Positions 15,230 to 31,002 are shown, counted from the first letter of the stretch. The stretch: 64,000 nucleotides of DNA from the human T2T-CHM13v2.0 reference genome, Homo sapiens (GCF_009914755.1 NC_060939.1); one strand, 5' to 3'. Numbers and translations are program-made. Notes: generated from the sequence alone by a model not told the origin.

Positions 15230-15345
15230 CAAACTCCATGAGCACAGGGATCTTTGCCTGTTTTATTCATTACTATTTCCAGCACCTAGAACAGTACCTA
15301 ACATACAGTGAGTGGTAAAAAATACTTACTGAATAAATGACTGAG
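15230..15345 (+). mobile_element. L2 3' end
   Basis: ccagcacctagaacagtacctaacatacagt...tgaataaatgactga. Confidence 0.75.
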
Positions 15346-16830
15346 CATCTCAGAGGAAGTAACCAACTAAACAAGACAGAATATATTTCAAGGGAACAGA
15401 ATGTGCAAAAGCATAATAAGCAATAAACAGCATGGTCCCAGAGATGTACAGATAGTTCAATATGACTGGAGCATAGAACACCTGTCAGGGAATGTCAAGA
15501 CATACAATTCTGAACAGGTACAGAGGAGAAAGTTCATAGGGGGACCTACAAACCATACCAAGGAGTTTGGGCTTTATGCTGACAATAATGGAACATTAAA
15601 GTATCCCAAGAAGAATGGCAGGGGCATACTGAGTTTTAGAAAGATCTCTCTGGAATCACTTTGCCAGAAATAGGAATGAATAGGAAAGAACTGTCTAGAG
15701 GCAGGAAGATTAGGTAAGAGGCCACTGGAGCTCAGGCAAAAATAATGAGGGCCTGAAATAAGACAGAGGCAGAAGAAATGGAGAAGGGCCAGATTTAAGA
15801 CAGATTTCAAAGATAGAACTGACAAAACATGATAAGAGATTAATGTATAGGTGGGATAGAAGAAGAATTATAGAATAAGTACTAGATTTGGCTTGGGTAA
15901 CTAGAAGGATAAGGAAGAATTCCCCAAAAGTAGGGATTATTGGGAAGAGTGGATTCTTTTTTTTTTTTTTTTTTTGAGACGGAGTCTCGCTCTGTCGCCC
16001 AGGCTGGAGTGCAGGAGTGCAATCTCGGCTCCGCCTCCCGGGTTCACGCCATTCTCCTGCCTCAGCCTGCCAAACAGCTGCGACTACAGGCGCCTGCCAC
16101 CACGCCCAGCTAATTTTTTTTTTTTTTGTATTTTTAATAGAGACGGGGTTTCACCGTGTCAGCCAGGATGGTCTTGATCTCCTGACCTCGTGATCCGCCC
16201 GTCTCAGCCTCCCAAAGTGCTGGGACTACAGGCGTGAGCCACCGTGCCCAGCCGGGAAGAGTGGATTTTGAAGATGAGATGATGAACATGCTGAGTTAGA
16301 GGTGCTGGAATGAACCCAAGTAGAGACATGTAGCAGGAAATTGGGTATACATACCTTGTGCTTAGGAACACAGCCTGAACTCAGTCAACTTATAAATTTA
16401 GTAGTCGTCAGTGTTTAAGTGGTAGTGGAAATTGAGGCCACAGGTAAAATCAATCAGAAAGAAAACAGAGTGAGAAATGAGAAGTTCAAGTATAACCCCC
16501 TGAAGGAAGGAAAAAAGAAGCTGCAAAGAATTCAAAGATGCAGGAAAAGAATGAAGGGGAAAAGAGTAGTAATTATGTTATTTTGAGGAAACTATCAAAA
16601 AGAAGTGTTTAACAATGTCGAATAGTGCAAAAAGCTCAATTAGTATAAGGGCTGATGAAGTATCACTAAGGACATTAACTAGGACATCTGGGGCAGGGGG
16701 GTGGGGGGGGAGTCAGCTTTCAGTGGATGTGAAGGGAATAAATGCCAAGGAGATGAAAACAGCAAGATATCCTTCAAGGAGATTGGCTATGGAAGAGAAG
16801 AGGGAGAATAGAATTAAAGGATTTTTATAA
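15345..16830 (-). mobile_element. L2 fragment (interrupted by AluY)
   Basis: aaggagtttgggctttat, ttttagaaagatctctctgg, gaacatgctgagttagagg. Confidence 0.65.
15957..16253 (-). mobile_element. AluY
   Basis: TSD gggaagagtggatt. Confidence 0.93.
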
Positions 16831-17058
16831 AGTGGGAAAGGCTATTAAAAAAGTATTGCCATATTAGTGCTGAAATCTTGATCTGCTTTCAGTCTTCAAT
16901 CCAATGATCACTGGTCTAAATGTAGCAAGATTTAAGATCTGTAGTCCCCAATGAGTAGACAGAGTCTAATCACCAAATCTCTCAAGCTCGAGGTTTCTCT
17001 CAAGCTTGACCCTTTCTCTCTAGTTTTCTAGATCTTTCATGGGTATCTCCAGGCTTTA

Positions 17059-17491
<433 letters not shown>

Positions 17492-17703
17492 CTAAATTAT
17501 AGTGACATGTAAGTAGAAGCTTTGGTAAAAAATAAAAATTTCATTAAAAAATCGTAACAAACCTTGAAATACTCAGACATTATTTTAACCAAATGTAAGG
17601 TATTTACTTAAGGAAAGAGACAAACTGTTAATGGTAAAAGAAGGCATAAATAAATTAAAAGTTATACGTCAAGTAGATAAGACTAAGTTTTGAAAAGATA
17701 ATA

Positions 17704-18019
17704 GGCTGGGCATGGTGGCTCACATCTGTAATCCAGCACTTTGGGAGGCCAAGGCAGGCAGATCACTTGAGGTCAGGAGTTCAAGACCAGCCTGGGCAAC
17801 GTGGCAAAACCTTGTCTCTACGAAAAATACAAAAAAAATCAGCCAGGCATGGTGGTGCATGCCTGTAGTCCCAGGTGCACCTGGGCTGTACTGTGTGGTC
17901 TGAGGCAGGAAGATCGCTTGAGCCTGGGAGGCAGAGGTTGCAGTAAGCAGAGACCGCACCAGCCTGAGCAACAGAGTGAGACCCTGCCTCAAACAAAACA
18001 AAACAAAACAAAAACAAAA
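17704..18019 (+). mobile_element. Alu (J/S) with palindromic insert
   Basis: Dimeric; TSD aaagataat. Confidence 0.9.
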
Positions 18020-18025
18020 GATAAT

Positions 18026-18331
18026 GGCTGGGCATGGTGCTCACACCTATAATCCCAGCATTTTGGGATGCCGAGGGGCCCAACCCAGGCTGAGGGCAGA
18101 TCACGAGGTCAGGAGATGGAGATCATCCTGGCTAACACGGTGAAAACCCGTCTCTACTAAAAATACAAAAACAAAATTAGCCAGGCGTGGTGGCGGGCAC
18201 CTGTAGTCCCAGCTACTCAGGAGAATGGCGTGAACCCGGGAGGCAGAGCTTGCAGTGAGCTGAGATCGTGCCACTGCACTCCAGCCTGGACGACAGAGCA
18301 AGACTCTGTATCAAAAAAATTTAAAAAAAAA
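18026..18331 (+). mobile_element. AluY/Sc
   Basis: atcctggctaacacggtg, ggcgtgaacccggg. Confidence 0.9.
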
Positions 18332-18470
18332 GATAAAACCTCTAATTTAATAAGTTTAATTCAATACCAATTAAAAGCCTTTCATATTTTCAGTGATGAT
18401 GAGCCTGATAAATACAGAAAATAACATGGCAAGAATCATTTTATGGCTATCATAATGTGAACATTAATCA

Positions 18471-18842
<372 letters not shown>

Positions 18843-19403
18843 CTATTTTCGTATATAAACAAGCTGGAAATCAATAGCAACTCAATGTTGGGTAAAGGAA
18901 TCACCACTTGGGAATTGTTGGGATAACTGACTATTAGTACAGAAAATTTATTTATATACCTAGCTTGTTTCATATACCTATGTATCTGTAGAATTAAATA
19001 TTTTTTAAAAAATAAAGAAACCAGAAAATCAACTTTTATAAAAAGCAACACAACACATTGAGAAAACTGACAAAAGTTTCTTGTCCAAAAATGTAAAAGA
19101 AAACAAACAAGCAATTACATAAGGGCGACACCTAAAATTCACTCATAAGTGGTCAAAGAGAGAAAAAGATAAATTTTGAAAAAGAAAATACAAATGGGAA
19201 TCATCTGAGAAAATACTATGTTAGAAATTAAAGAAATGCTAATTAAAATAGCTTTAAAGTACTACCGCTTAACTAGCAAGATGTAAATTACAAAATCTGA
19301 GGCTGACTGGGCTATATTTCTACTTAGTGACATTATCATTTGGTAAACTCTTCTTGAAAAAAACCAAGATTATGTAATAAGTACTATAAAATTGTTCATA
19401 TCT

Positions 19404-19710
19404 TTTGGTTGTTTTGTTTTTTTGTTTTTTGAGACAGAGTTTTGCTCTTGTCACCCAGGCTGGAGTGCAGTGGCATGACCTTGGCTCACTGCAACCTCTG
19501 CCTCCTTGGGTTCTAGCAATTCGCCTGCCTCAGCCTCCCAAGTAGCTGGGATTACAAGCACTCACCACCATGCCTGGCTATTTTTTGTATTTTTAGTAGA
19601 GATGGGGTTTCACCATGTTGGCCAGGCTGGTCCCGAACTCCTGACCTCAGGTGATCTGCCCGCCTCGGCCTCCCAAAGTGCTGGGATTACAGGCGTGAGC
19701 CACCGTGCCC
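19404..19710 (-). mobile_element. AluSq/Sx
   Basis: TSD atatctttt. Confidence 0.92.
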
Positions 19711-19844
19711 ATATCTTTTTACCCAATAATTCCACCTGGTATTACAAGGAATGTAAGGAAATATTCAGTATCCTCAAAATAAAAGAAGGAAGGAAAAAAA
19801 GAGGTAGGAAGGAAGAAGAAAGAAGAAAAATAAAGATGTTCTTG

Positions 19845-20141
<297 letters not shown>

Positions 20142-20285
20142 TTAAAAAGATGTTCTTAGACATGCTATTTAAAACAGTGAAAAACTAGAAATCATCCAAG
20201 TATCCCTCAGAAAGAGAACGGTTATAAAAATTAGGTTATATGAATAAGACAGACTTCAAAACAACAATTAAGAACATATCCAGAA

Positions 20286-20394
20286 GCCAGGTGTGGTGGA
20301 TTGAGCAGAAGAGGACGGGAAGATCGCTTGAGCCCAGGAGTTCCAGACCAGCCTGGGCAATATAGTGAGATCTCATCTCAAACAACAACAAAAA
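20286..20394 (+). mobile_element. FLAM-like monomer, internally deleted
   Basis: gatcgcttgagcccaggagttccagaccagcctgggc. Confidence 0.75.
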
Positions 20395-20576
20395 TCCACT
20401 GACAAATAAGAACAATTAATTTGGAAAAATGTAAATAAAGTTTTGTTTTTATTGTATTGTAGTCCTTTTTTCTTTGAAGTTACTTCAGTTCATGAAAAGG
20501 GTGTTTTCTTAGGTTGTCAATAAGAATGTTGTGCAAGTCAAAATCAAAACCTTACTAAAACTAGGAAAGAATAACT

Positions 20577-20746
20577 AGCTGGGCATTGTGGTTCATGCCA
20601 ATAATCCCAGCTACTCAGGACACTGAGGCGGGAAGATTGCTTGAGTCCTGGCATTTGAGACTGTAGTGAGCTAGGATCATGCCACTGCACTCCAGCCTGG
20701 GCAACAGGGTGAGACCCCCATCTCTTAATAATAATAATAATAATAA
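20577..20746 (+). mobile_element. FRAM with (TAA)n tail
   Basis: Single right arm. Confidence 0.8.
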
Positions 20747-22518
20747 TTTACTATTTCATCCTCATCTATGGGTCTTTCATTCTATCAGAGAAGAACAGGA
20801 AATAGATCTGACATGGCTGATTTTCAGAGTCATTCTGATTATTACCATAGTACCTTGTGCTCTTACACATAATACCAAGCTAAACGTTAGATGATTTATT
20901 CCAGTTTCTTTCTAAATGCTGAGGTTAAAGCTGATTTTAAAATTCCTTTGCTTTACCTAAGGGCCTATGGAATTGAGGCTAAAGCCTCAGCTACAATTTC
21001 TGAGATCATGAAATTCTTAGACATGAGACGGGTGGCCTGATGAATACTAACTACTGTGATTTGACATTCAGACAAAATAAAAACTCTTATTTCTGAAGAA
21101 GAAAAGAGGACTAAGAAGATAATAAAAATCAGTTTTTCTTAACAGTCTTCCAAATTCCGACATCATTTTTATGACCTCTTGTGGTATTTTTAATGTGTCA
21201 ATGATCACTGAATACAGCACTCATCACCAATCTTGCCACAGTAGTCCTCCTTTACTGTCATGTAGAATTGACTCTGCTACCCTGCCACCACTGACTTCAG
21301 GGAAGCACATTGACAGGGAAGCCCAGGACATCTTAGCCTTTTCCGAGTCTATCTAAAAGCAATAAAAAGCTTTTGAAAATGTAAGTAGTCTTATCGGTAA
21401 ATTCTATAAATTACCTTTCACTTGAAGAAATTCCCACAGAGTTATGATCAGATAGTATCAAAAAAACCAATATAAGTGAAGTCAGCTACTGCAATGATTC
21501 TGCTGGACAAACACCAAAGTCTCATTAAAAATTCACCTCTCTGAACCTCCTCCCAAGAGATAATCAGTACCAGGATCATTTTCTCCTTTTCTCTTATATA
21601 TGTTACCACATTAAAATGACACAATCCAGCTTGGTGAGTAAAAAAAGATTCAAGAAATATGGCTCCAACTGACAGCTTTGAAATCCAGGCACTTCAAAGT
21701 GTTTGAGATAATGGCATTTCCCTATGACAGGTGCTACTTTCCATAGATTTAACCTTCTTCTTTGCCACAGTAATTACTTTAGATCAAACTTCATTTTTAG
21801 AAAAAGCTGAAATGCATGAACTAATACAATAAATCTTTAAAATAATCTAAGTTTGTATGTGATCTGTGTTATGCCAGTTTTAGAGACTATGGGTATCATG
21901 CAGTTCCTAATAAAATGTGAGCATCTAAAAAACACTGAGTTTCTCTTCCATCCACAATGACATGATCCTGCCATAAACCTTTGCAGAAACATCACACCAT
22001 CCTCTTGACCAGGAGCCAATTCCAATCTGAGTTTCACATTCTTATTGCCACACTCCAAGGACCCTCTACTCTTCATACTCTCCCACATAGGCCCTAGACT
22101 CTTCCCTCATTAGAATTTATCTAGTCCTCATTCTCTTTACCAGCCCATTGTTCCACCCTTCCTTTTGGCTCTCATACGTTATGTTCCTCCCACTCTCAGC
22201 TGACCAATCTTCCAACCTGTCATTGCCTAAATAACTTTGGAAATTAGTCTCCTTCATAAAAACTTTCCCAAGTAACTAGAAGTAAGGGGAATAGTCCAGT
22301 CAAGAGAACGTTAAGCTAATTAAACTAATGTACTTCCCTCATACCAATCACTGGGCACTGCTACATTCATGAACTATAAATACTTTTTTAAGTACTTTGA
22401 TCCTAATGAATGTTCATTCTGCAATTGGTCACTTTAAATAATAAACACCTAGAGAGGAACAATCTTTCTGTATTCTATAGAACAGAACATGTTTCATATA
22501 GTCATTTAATAAACGTTC

Positions 22519-22813
22519 TTTTGAAATGGAGTCTCGCTCTGTCGCCCAGGCTTGAGTGCAGTGGTGCAATATCAGCTCACTGCAGCCTCCACCTCCCAGG
22601 CTCAAGGAAGTTCACGCAATTCTCATGCCTCAGCCTCCCAAGCAGCTGAGATTACAGACATTCACCACCACACCGACTAATTTTTGTATTTTTGGTGGAG
22701 ACAGGGTTTCGCCATGTTGGCCAGCCTGGTCTCAGACTCCTGACCTCAAGTGATCTGCCCGCCTTGATGTCCCAAAGTGCTGTGATTACAGGCGTAAGCC
22801 ACCACACCCAGCC
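22519..22813 (-). mobile_element. AluS
   Basis: Dimeric; TSD-like taataaa. Confidence 0.9.
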
Positions 22814-23012
22814 TAATAAATGCTTTTTTATTGTGAAGGTAGTAAGAGACTTATACCCAGATCTCAATCTGGAGTCTTCAGTGTTCATTTCAGAAACTGA
22901 AAAGCAATGACTATCCATCACCACTCCCCACTTCCATGACTACTGTACAATCTCAACTTCATTGCTCTTGGCTCTCCTTTCCCTCAATTATATTTATTAA
23001 TAAAAATAACCA

Positions 23013-23313
<301 letters not shown>

Positions 23314-23621
23314 CCCAGCAGATGTCGATAATATTCTAAGATAACAAACTTTTAGTAACGTGAAGGAGGCAGCTGTAGCAATCTGGCTTTTCAACATTTT
23401 CCCTTTTGCTTATGCTTCCATTTTTAATTATTTAACTTATTTAGCAGCTATGCCAAGAGAGAGGAAGATAAAATTTCGCCCCCACCGTACAGACAGAATC
23501 ATGGCAGTTACATTTCAATGAAGCTTCTGAGAAAAAAAGCAATCTTCAAAAAATGCCCAAAAGAGCAACTATTTTTATATCCATACTATTTAGCACTCAT
23601 GAGTTAAGAAATTAAGTTTCA

Positions 23622-23922
<301 letters not shown>

Positions 23923-26900
23923 AATTAAGTTTCACAAAGTAGTATCATTGAGAAAGAAATGGGATTATGAAGCTGATTAAGATATATGGTAGGCATACAT
24001 CACTAGGATTTCAATATTGGCATTCATCATTGAGTAGGTTAGGGTATTCCTAGATATGTGCTTACCTAAGCAAACTGGTACCATTATTCAAAAATAAAAT
24101 AGTCATACAGTAAATAATATGACGACTTTCAGGAGCTCTTCTACCATCCCCTCAACATCATTCTTCCTTTAAACTGAAGATGATAGGAATCAGAAGGAAT
24201 TAAGACTGAATTTTTAAGATTTGAACAAGGATAGAAATAGGGAAATTAAAGGAGCTAAAAAAAAGAAAAAGAAAAAAAAACAACACAGAATGATGTGGTA
24301 CGAAGTCCCTAAGCATGAGTGGGGAGAGAAGGCATATATAATGAGTTACTTTTGGAGAAGGTAGGCAGTGTTAACCAAACAGCAGCTAGGAGTACAACAT
24401 TAGTGGAGGTCTGAAGCTCTTTACACAGTCAACAGCACTGGGCATAAAACATTTCCACATTATAAAATCTCAGGCAAGTCCTACTTTGAAAGAGATAATA
24501 CAAAAACTGAGACTACAGGCTAACCTTAATCCAAATAGCCCTTAAGGATCAATGTCAATTATATTGGAAACATGTACAGAAAGCTCTTATGATTCCCCAA
24601 TCTAAAATGAAAAAAAAAATCCCTTGCTTACATGCTATTTTTTAAAGTCAATTCAAGAAACTCCATCTAGTAAAAAATAATTTTGTCTCTAAAGCCAAAA
24701 CCCAACTTTTGTATACTTAGTAAACATTTCATAAACCTAAAACCTGACCATTTTGATTATAAGTCAGATTCTAGAATTGCAAGAAGCATTGTCCCAAAAA
24801 TGTAATAAGCAAAGGAATCACAGACTTTATCCCAGGGCTATGGAACTGTAACAACTTTGTCCTGTTTCTGAAGAATCCAGTGAGGAGTGATGGCAATTCC
24901 TCTGATTATGTCTTTATCCTGTCATCTATATCTCAGAGGCACTTTTTTTTTAATTTAAAATAAACAAAAAGTTAAAGTAATCCTTAGAGGTTCTCTGCAG
25001 TCCCCAGATATTAGAACTCAGTTTCTGCTTCAATATCCCATTAACTCCAAACTAGGAAAGACAGCTTAAAGTCATTTCCAAGGGCATCAAGAGATACTGT
25101 AGGATAGGCTTTTAGAGTGAAGCTTCTAACAGCCGTCCACATCACAAAAATGACCTAACTAGAGCCCAAAACAGAAGGAAGAGCCTTTTCCTCTCCAATT
25201 TTCACAGTCATTTTGTTTCTTCCAACAGAAAAGTCATTCTAGATGCTTTCACTTGCAGCAGTTCCTCAGGTTAGTAACTAGGACCCTTCCCATGATTGAC
25301 TTCTGGCAAGGAACAAATGAGCCCCAGGCAAAGCACATGGGTCAGCAAACTTTTATAACCACTGTTTCCCAGAGAACATCAGCTTGGGGAAGGCCAACCA
25401 AGGACCTCAATGTCCACATTTACAATGTCAACTCTCCCTAACTCAGTGTCCTCTTCCTTCTGTTAAAAGATGCTGGGATGGTTTGCACCTTGCTTGGTGA
25501 TTCCTGTGGTCAATGGCGCTCCCTCCAGGTGGGCTGCACTAATACTATAACCACCCTCTCCCCTCTAAACCCATCATGCTTCAGCAGGTTGCTAACACTC
25601 GTCACCATTATCACATCTATTACCCTGTGCAAGGTGAGGACCATGAGAGACTGACATCCCCGCCAATCCTTGGAGGCAAGAGGATTCGCCCACTAGTCTG
25701 GGACAGCTCTGCCTCGCCTTCATGGCCTTTTTCCCCACGGTGGCAAAGTCTATTAGATTCCTTCCCCAGGACCCTGATGGCATTCCTTTCCAACTCTTTT
25801 TCCAAAGATTACACTTCAGTTCTACTATTCCAGGGAACTTCCAAGTGAGACACCTGGCTCACTAGTAAAGCTTAGTTTTAGGTGACCCTGAATAACTAAT
25901 AAGAAAAAGGATAAATCTATTGCAGTCCAGGCAAAGTGAACCTTCTTCAAAGTTCTAAAAAATGACTCTGGAGCAAGTCTTTCCATAATATGTTATTATC
26001 TACTAGAACTATAAAACCTGTTTAAGAATTTGTATGCTTAGCACTTCAGAAGGTACATATTTCTTCCAAACTTGAATAGTTACAAATTACAGGGCAGCAC
26101 CTGTTTACAGTTGTATGGAACAAATGGAAAAAAGTAAGAGGGAGAAAGCATAGCATCTCTTGTGGAACTTTCATTCATTAGAACTTCAAAGCACAAAATG
26201 CATAGATTTACAGATTTACTTACAACCTTGACTCTGGCAAGCAGAAGCCAGCTTAGCATAAACTAGTTGGTGTTTACATTAAAAGAAATTATTATTTATA
26301 TACTAGTAATTTCACAGTAATAGCAGTAGCAAAAAATAAGTAAATAAATAAATAATTTGTTTTCTTTGACACAGATGACCTCTACTGACCAAAGGATGAA
26401 TCCAAGCCAGGATTTAGCCTTATAGTTATCCAAACTTTATCTCAAAGGCTATCTAGCCTAACAGTTTCTAATCCTTCAATTGCATTTATAAAATCTCCAA
26501 ATCTTACTGTGCTGCCAAGGTTAGTGCTATCCACTTTCATTCAAATGAGTATCAAAAAAGTAATTCTTTAGACATTTCTCCAAAGAAGATCTACAAATAG
26601 CCAATAAGTACATGAAAATATGCTCAACATTACTAATCATTAGGAAAATGCAAATAAAAAATACAATGAAATACTACCTCACACCCACTAAGATGTCTAT
26701 TATCAAAAAAACAAAAAATAACAAGTGTTGGTGAGGATATGGAGAAAATGGAACCCCTATAAACGGTAGGAATGTAAAATGATACAGCCACTGTGGAAAA
26801 CAATACGGCAATTCCTAAAAAAAAATCAAAATATAATTACTATATGATCCAAAGATTCTACTCTGGGTGTATACTCAAAACAACTGGGTCTCAGAGAGAT

Positions 26901-27187
26901 ATCTGTATACCCATGTTCATAAGCAGCATTATACACAATAGCTAAAACATGAAAGCAACCCATGTCAATCAACAGATGAATGAATATGCAAAGTGTGGGA
27001 TATACATACAATGGAATATTATTCAGCCTTTAAAAGGAAGGAAATTCTGACATATGCTCTAATATAGACGAACCTTGAAAACATTAGGCTAAGTTAAATA
27101 AGCCAGTCACAAAAAGAGAAATACTGAATAAATCCACCTATATAAGGTACTTACACTAGTTAAAATCATAGAGACAGACAGTAGAAC

Positions 27188-27255
27188 GGTGGTTGCCAGA
27201 GTGTGGTGGGAGAATAAAATGGTGGTTGCCAGAGTGTGGTGGGAGAATAAAATGG
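27188..27255. repeat. Perfect 33-bp tandem duplication
   Basis: ggtggttgccagagtgtggtgggagaataaaat x2. Confidence 0.95.
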
Positions 27256-27272
27256 AGAAGTATTGTATAATG

Positions 27273-27796
27273 CAGTGGTCCCCAACATTTTTGACACCAG
27301 GGACTGGTTTCATGGAAGTCAATTTTTCCACAGGTGGGCGGGAGATGGTTTTGGGATGATTCAAGTGCTTTACATTTATTGTGCACTTTATTTCTATTAT
27401 TATTACATTGTAATATATAATGAAATAATTACACAACTCACCATATGTAGAAGCAGTAGGAGCCCTGAGGTTTTTTTCATACAACTAGATGGTCCCATCT
27501 GGGGGTAATGGGAGACAGTGACACATCATCAGGCATTACATTCTCATAAGGAGTGCGCAGCCTAGATCCCTTGCATGGGCAGTTCACAAAAGGGTTCACG
27601 CTCCTTTGAGAATCTAATGCCACCGCTGATCTGACAGGAGGCGGAGCTCAGGCGGTAACGTGAACGATGGGGAGTGGCTGTAAACACAGATGAAGCATCA
27701 CTTGCTCGTCCACCACTCACCTCTTGCCGTGTGGCCTGGTTCCTAACAGGCCATAGATCAGCACCAGTCCATGGCCCGTGGGTTGGGGGACCTCTG
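27273..27796 (+). mobile_element. MER1A (hAT-Charlie), near full length
   Basis: TIRs cagtggtccccaac / gttgggggacctctg; degenerate 8-bp TSD gtataatg/atgtaatg. Confidence 0.9.
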
Positions 27797-27891
27797 ATGT
27801 AATGGGTATAGAGATTCAGTTTTACAAGATGAGAAGAGTTACTGGGGACAGATAGTGATGATGGTAGTACATTATGAATGTGTGTGTGTGT

Positions 27892-28181
27892 ATTTATTTA
27901 GAGAAAGAAACTCACTCTGTCATCCAGGCTGGGGTGCAGTGGCATGATCTCTGCTCACTGCATCCTCGACTTCCTGGACTCAAGTGATCTTCCCACCTCA
28001 GCCTCCCAAGTAGTTGGGACTACAGACATGTGCTATCACACCCAGCTAATTTTTCTATTTTTCGTAGAGACAGGGTTTTGCTACATTTCCCAGGCTGGTC
28101 TCAAACTGCTGGACTCAAGCGATCCTCCAGCCTCAGCCTCCCAAAGTGCTGGACTTACAGGCATGAACCATCATGCCTGGA
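27892..28181 (-). mobile_element. AluJ
   Basis: TSD cat(t/c)atgaatgt. Confidence 0.9.
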
Positions 28182-28185
28182 CATC

Positions 28186-28218
28186 ATGAATGTATGTATG
28201 TATGTATGTATGTATGTA
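28186..28218. repeat. (ATGT)n
   Basis: Seen directly. Confidence 0.9.
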
Positions 28219-28518
28219 TTTATTTATTTTTTTGAGACAGAGTCTCGCCCTGTTGCCCAGGCTGGAGTACAGTGACACAATCTTGGCTCACTGCAACCTC
28301 CGTCTCCCGGGTTCAAGCAATTCTCCTGCCTCAGCCTTGCCTCCCGAGTAGCTGGGACTACAAGTGCTTGCCACCATGCCTGGCTAATTTTTGTACTTTT
28401 AGTAGAGATGGGGTTTCACCACGTTAGCCGGGATGGTCTCAAACTCCTGACCTTGTGATCCGCCCATCTTGGCCTCCCAAAGTGCTGGGATTACAGGCAT
28501 GAGCCATCATGCCCAGCC
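28219..28518 (-). mobile_element. AluSc/Sg
   Basis: Dimeric. Confidence 0.9.
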
Positions 28519-28574
28519 ACATGAATGTATTTAATACCACTGAACTTAAAAATGATGACACTTAAAAATGATTA

Positions 28575-28703
<129 letters not shown>

Positions 28704-28752
28704 TTAAAATGGCAAATTTTATATGTATTTTAGTACTATAAAAAACTGAAAA

Positions 28753-29052
28753 GGCCGGGCACGGTGGCTCACATCTGTAATCCCAGCACTTTGGGAGGCC
28801 GAGGCAGGCAGATCACAAGGTCAGGAGATCGAGACCATCCTGGCTAACACGGTGAAACCCCGTGTCTACTAAAAATACAAAAAATTAGCCAGGCGTGGTG
28901 GCAGGTGCTTGTAGTCCCAGCTACTTGGGAGGCTGAGGCAGGAGAATGGCATGAACCTGGGAGGCAGAGCTTTCAGTGAGCTGAGATCGCACCACTGCAC
29001 TCCAAGCCTGGGCAACAGAGTGAGAATCTGTCTCAAAAAAAAAAAAAAAAAA
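28753..29052 (+). mobile_element. AluY
   Basis: TSD aaaaactgaaaa. Confidence 0.93.
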
Positions 29053-29578
29053 CTGAAAAAAGATAGAATTCTTAACTATGTCTGTGAGGAATCTTTAAAA
29101 CTACTTATTTAAAAAGAAAAAATAAAGAAAGAAAAGATGCTAAATAGAACTTAATTCTGACAAACCAGAAAGAATAGGTTGGTGTTGTAACGATAACAAA
29201 ACTCTAGGAAAAAGAAGAAGAAGCCTATATAAAATTCAAGTATTTAATCACACACAAAAAATTAACACTGGTCATATCAGGCATACATATTAAAGTTTAA
29301 GAGTTTTAAAGTTTTTAATAATAGATTACAAAAGTTCAGAGAAGAATCAGATATAAGCCAATGTCCAGAGATTGTAAATAATAATAATAATTTTAGCCCT
29401 AGAAGGCTGAAAAAATCAAAACTAAAAGAAAAGGAATAAAAGGGAGAGAACTCTAAATAAGCCAATATGGATGGTCAAGGAACTCTCTGAAGCACCCAAA
29501 CTTTAAAAGATGTGTTCAAAAGATAGATGGAAAATAATCAGATGGCCAAAGCAAGACATGCAAAAGACTGGCAAATAC

Positions 29579-29730
29579 TTTGTTTTTTTTTTTGAGACAG
29601 GGTCTCACTCTGTTGCCCAGGCTGGGAAGTGCAGTGGCACAGTCATAGCTGGAACTCCTGAGCTCAAACTATCCTCCTGCCTCAGCCTCCTGAACAGCTA
29701 GAACTACAGGTGTGCATCACCACGTCCAGC
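29579..29730 (-). mobile_element. Alu monomer/deleted AluJ
   Basis: TSD-like caaatactt. Confidence 0.8.
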
Positions 29731-29888
29731 TTTACAAATACTTACAAAAGAATATCTGGAAGGTGAAGGCCCAAAATGAGCTAAGGCTCATGAAAAATAT
29801 GGAGGGCAATAGTAACAGCGCTTCTTAGAGGCATAGAAAGTGAGGAGAGTAAGGGTGTGGTAATTGTTTAAAAAATAAAGCTAGGTAA

Positions 29889-30206
<318 letters not shown>

Positions 30207-30219
30207 CCGAGAGGTGTAC

Positions 30220-30545
30220 TTTAGCTAGTCAGTGATAGCCTTTCTGAGAAGGTGGCATTTGAATGCAGACCTGAATTAAATGAGGGTGCAACCCATGGGA
30301 GAAAGACCCTGCAAGCTGAGGCGATAGCAAATGCAAAGGCCCTGAGTTGGCAAGATGCCTATGTGAGAAACAGCAAGAAGATTAGGGCTAGAATGGAGGG
30401 AACAAGGAAAGAGCAACAAGAAATAGGTGGAAAGATCTGACTCATACTTTGAAAGTGTTACTCTCGCTACTGTAGAAAAGAGACTATTGAGGGATAAGCA
30501 TGAAAGGAGACGGACCTGCTAGGAGGCTACAAGTTCAGGACAGGA
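30220..30545 (-). mobile_element. L2 fragment
   Basis: ctgagaaggtggcatttgaatgcagacctgaa, gcaaatgcaaaggccctgag. Confidence 0.7.
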
Positions 30546-31002
30546 ATGAACTCTCATTTCTAAAAAAGTTTGAATCCCCAAATCTATACAAACTATACCT
30601 CAGAGTACTGAAAAAATGTAAAGATGTGTGGTTCATACAACCACCCTCAATAATTTTTTACAACTTATAAAAAACAAGAGTAGTGCCAGAAGCCTGGAGT
30701 TAAATGTTTTTCTAAGTTTTCACAAATGGAGAAAAGGAAAGGCAAATTTCAGAAACTAGGAGTCAAAACAAGCCTACTATGAACAAAACAAGCCCCACTG
30801 GCTTTATTTCCTCTAAGAAAGCATCAGCTGTTTCCAATTTTTTCATATTTCCTTACAGTACCTATTCCTATGCATACCTGATTTTTCAGTTACAATTATA
30901 ACATAGACATGTTTTATTGCCTAATTATTATAGATTTTACTATATTACAGACATTTCTCTGTGTTGTGACTCTGACATCAGTTTTTAAATAACTACAAAT
31001 TG

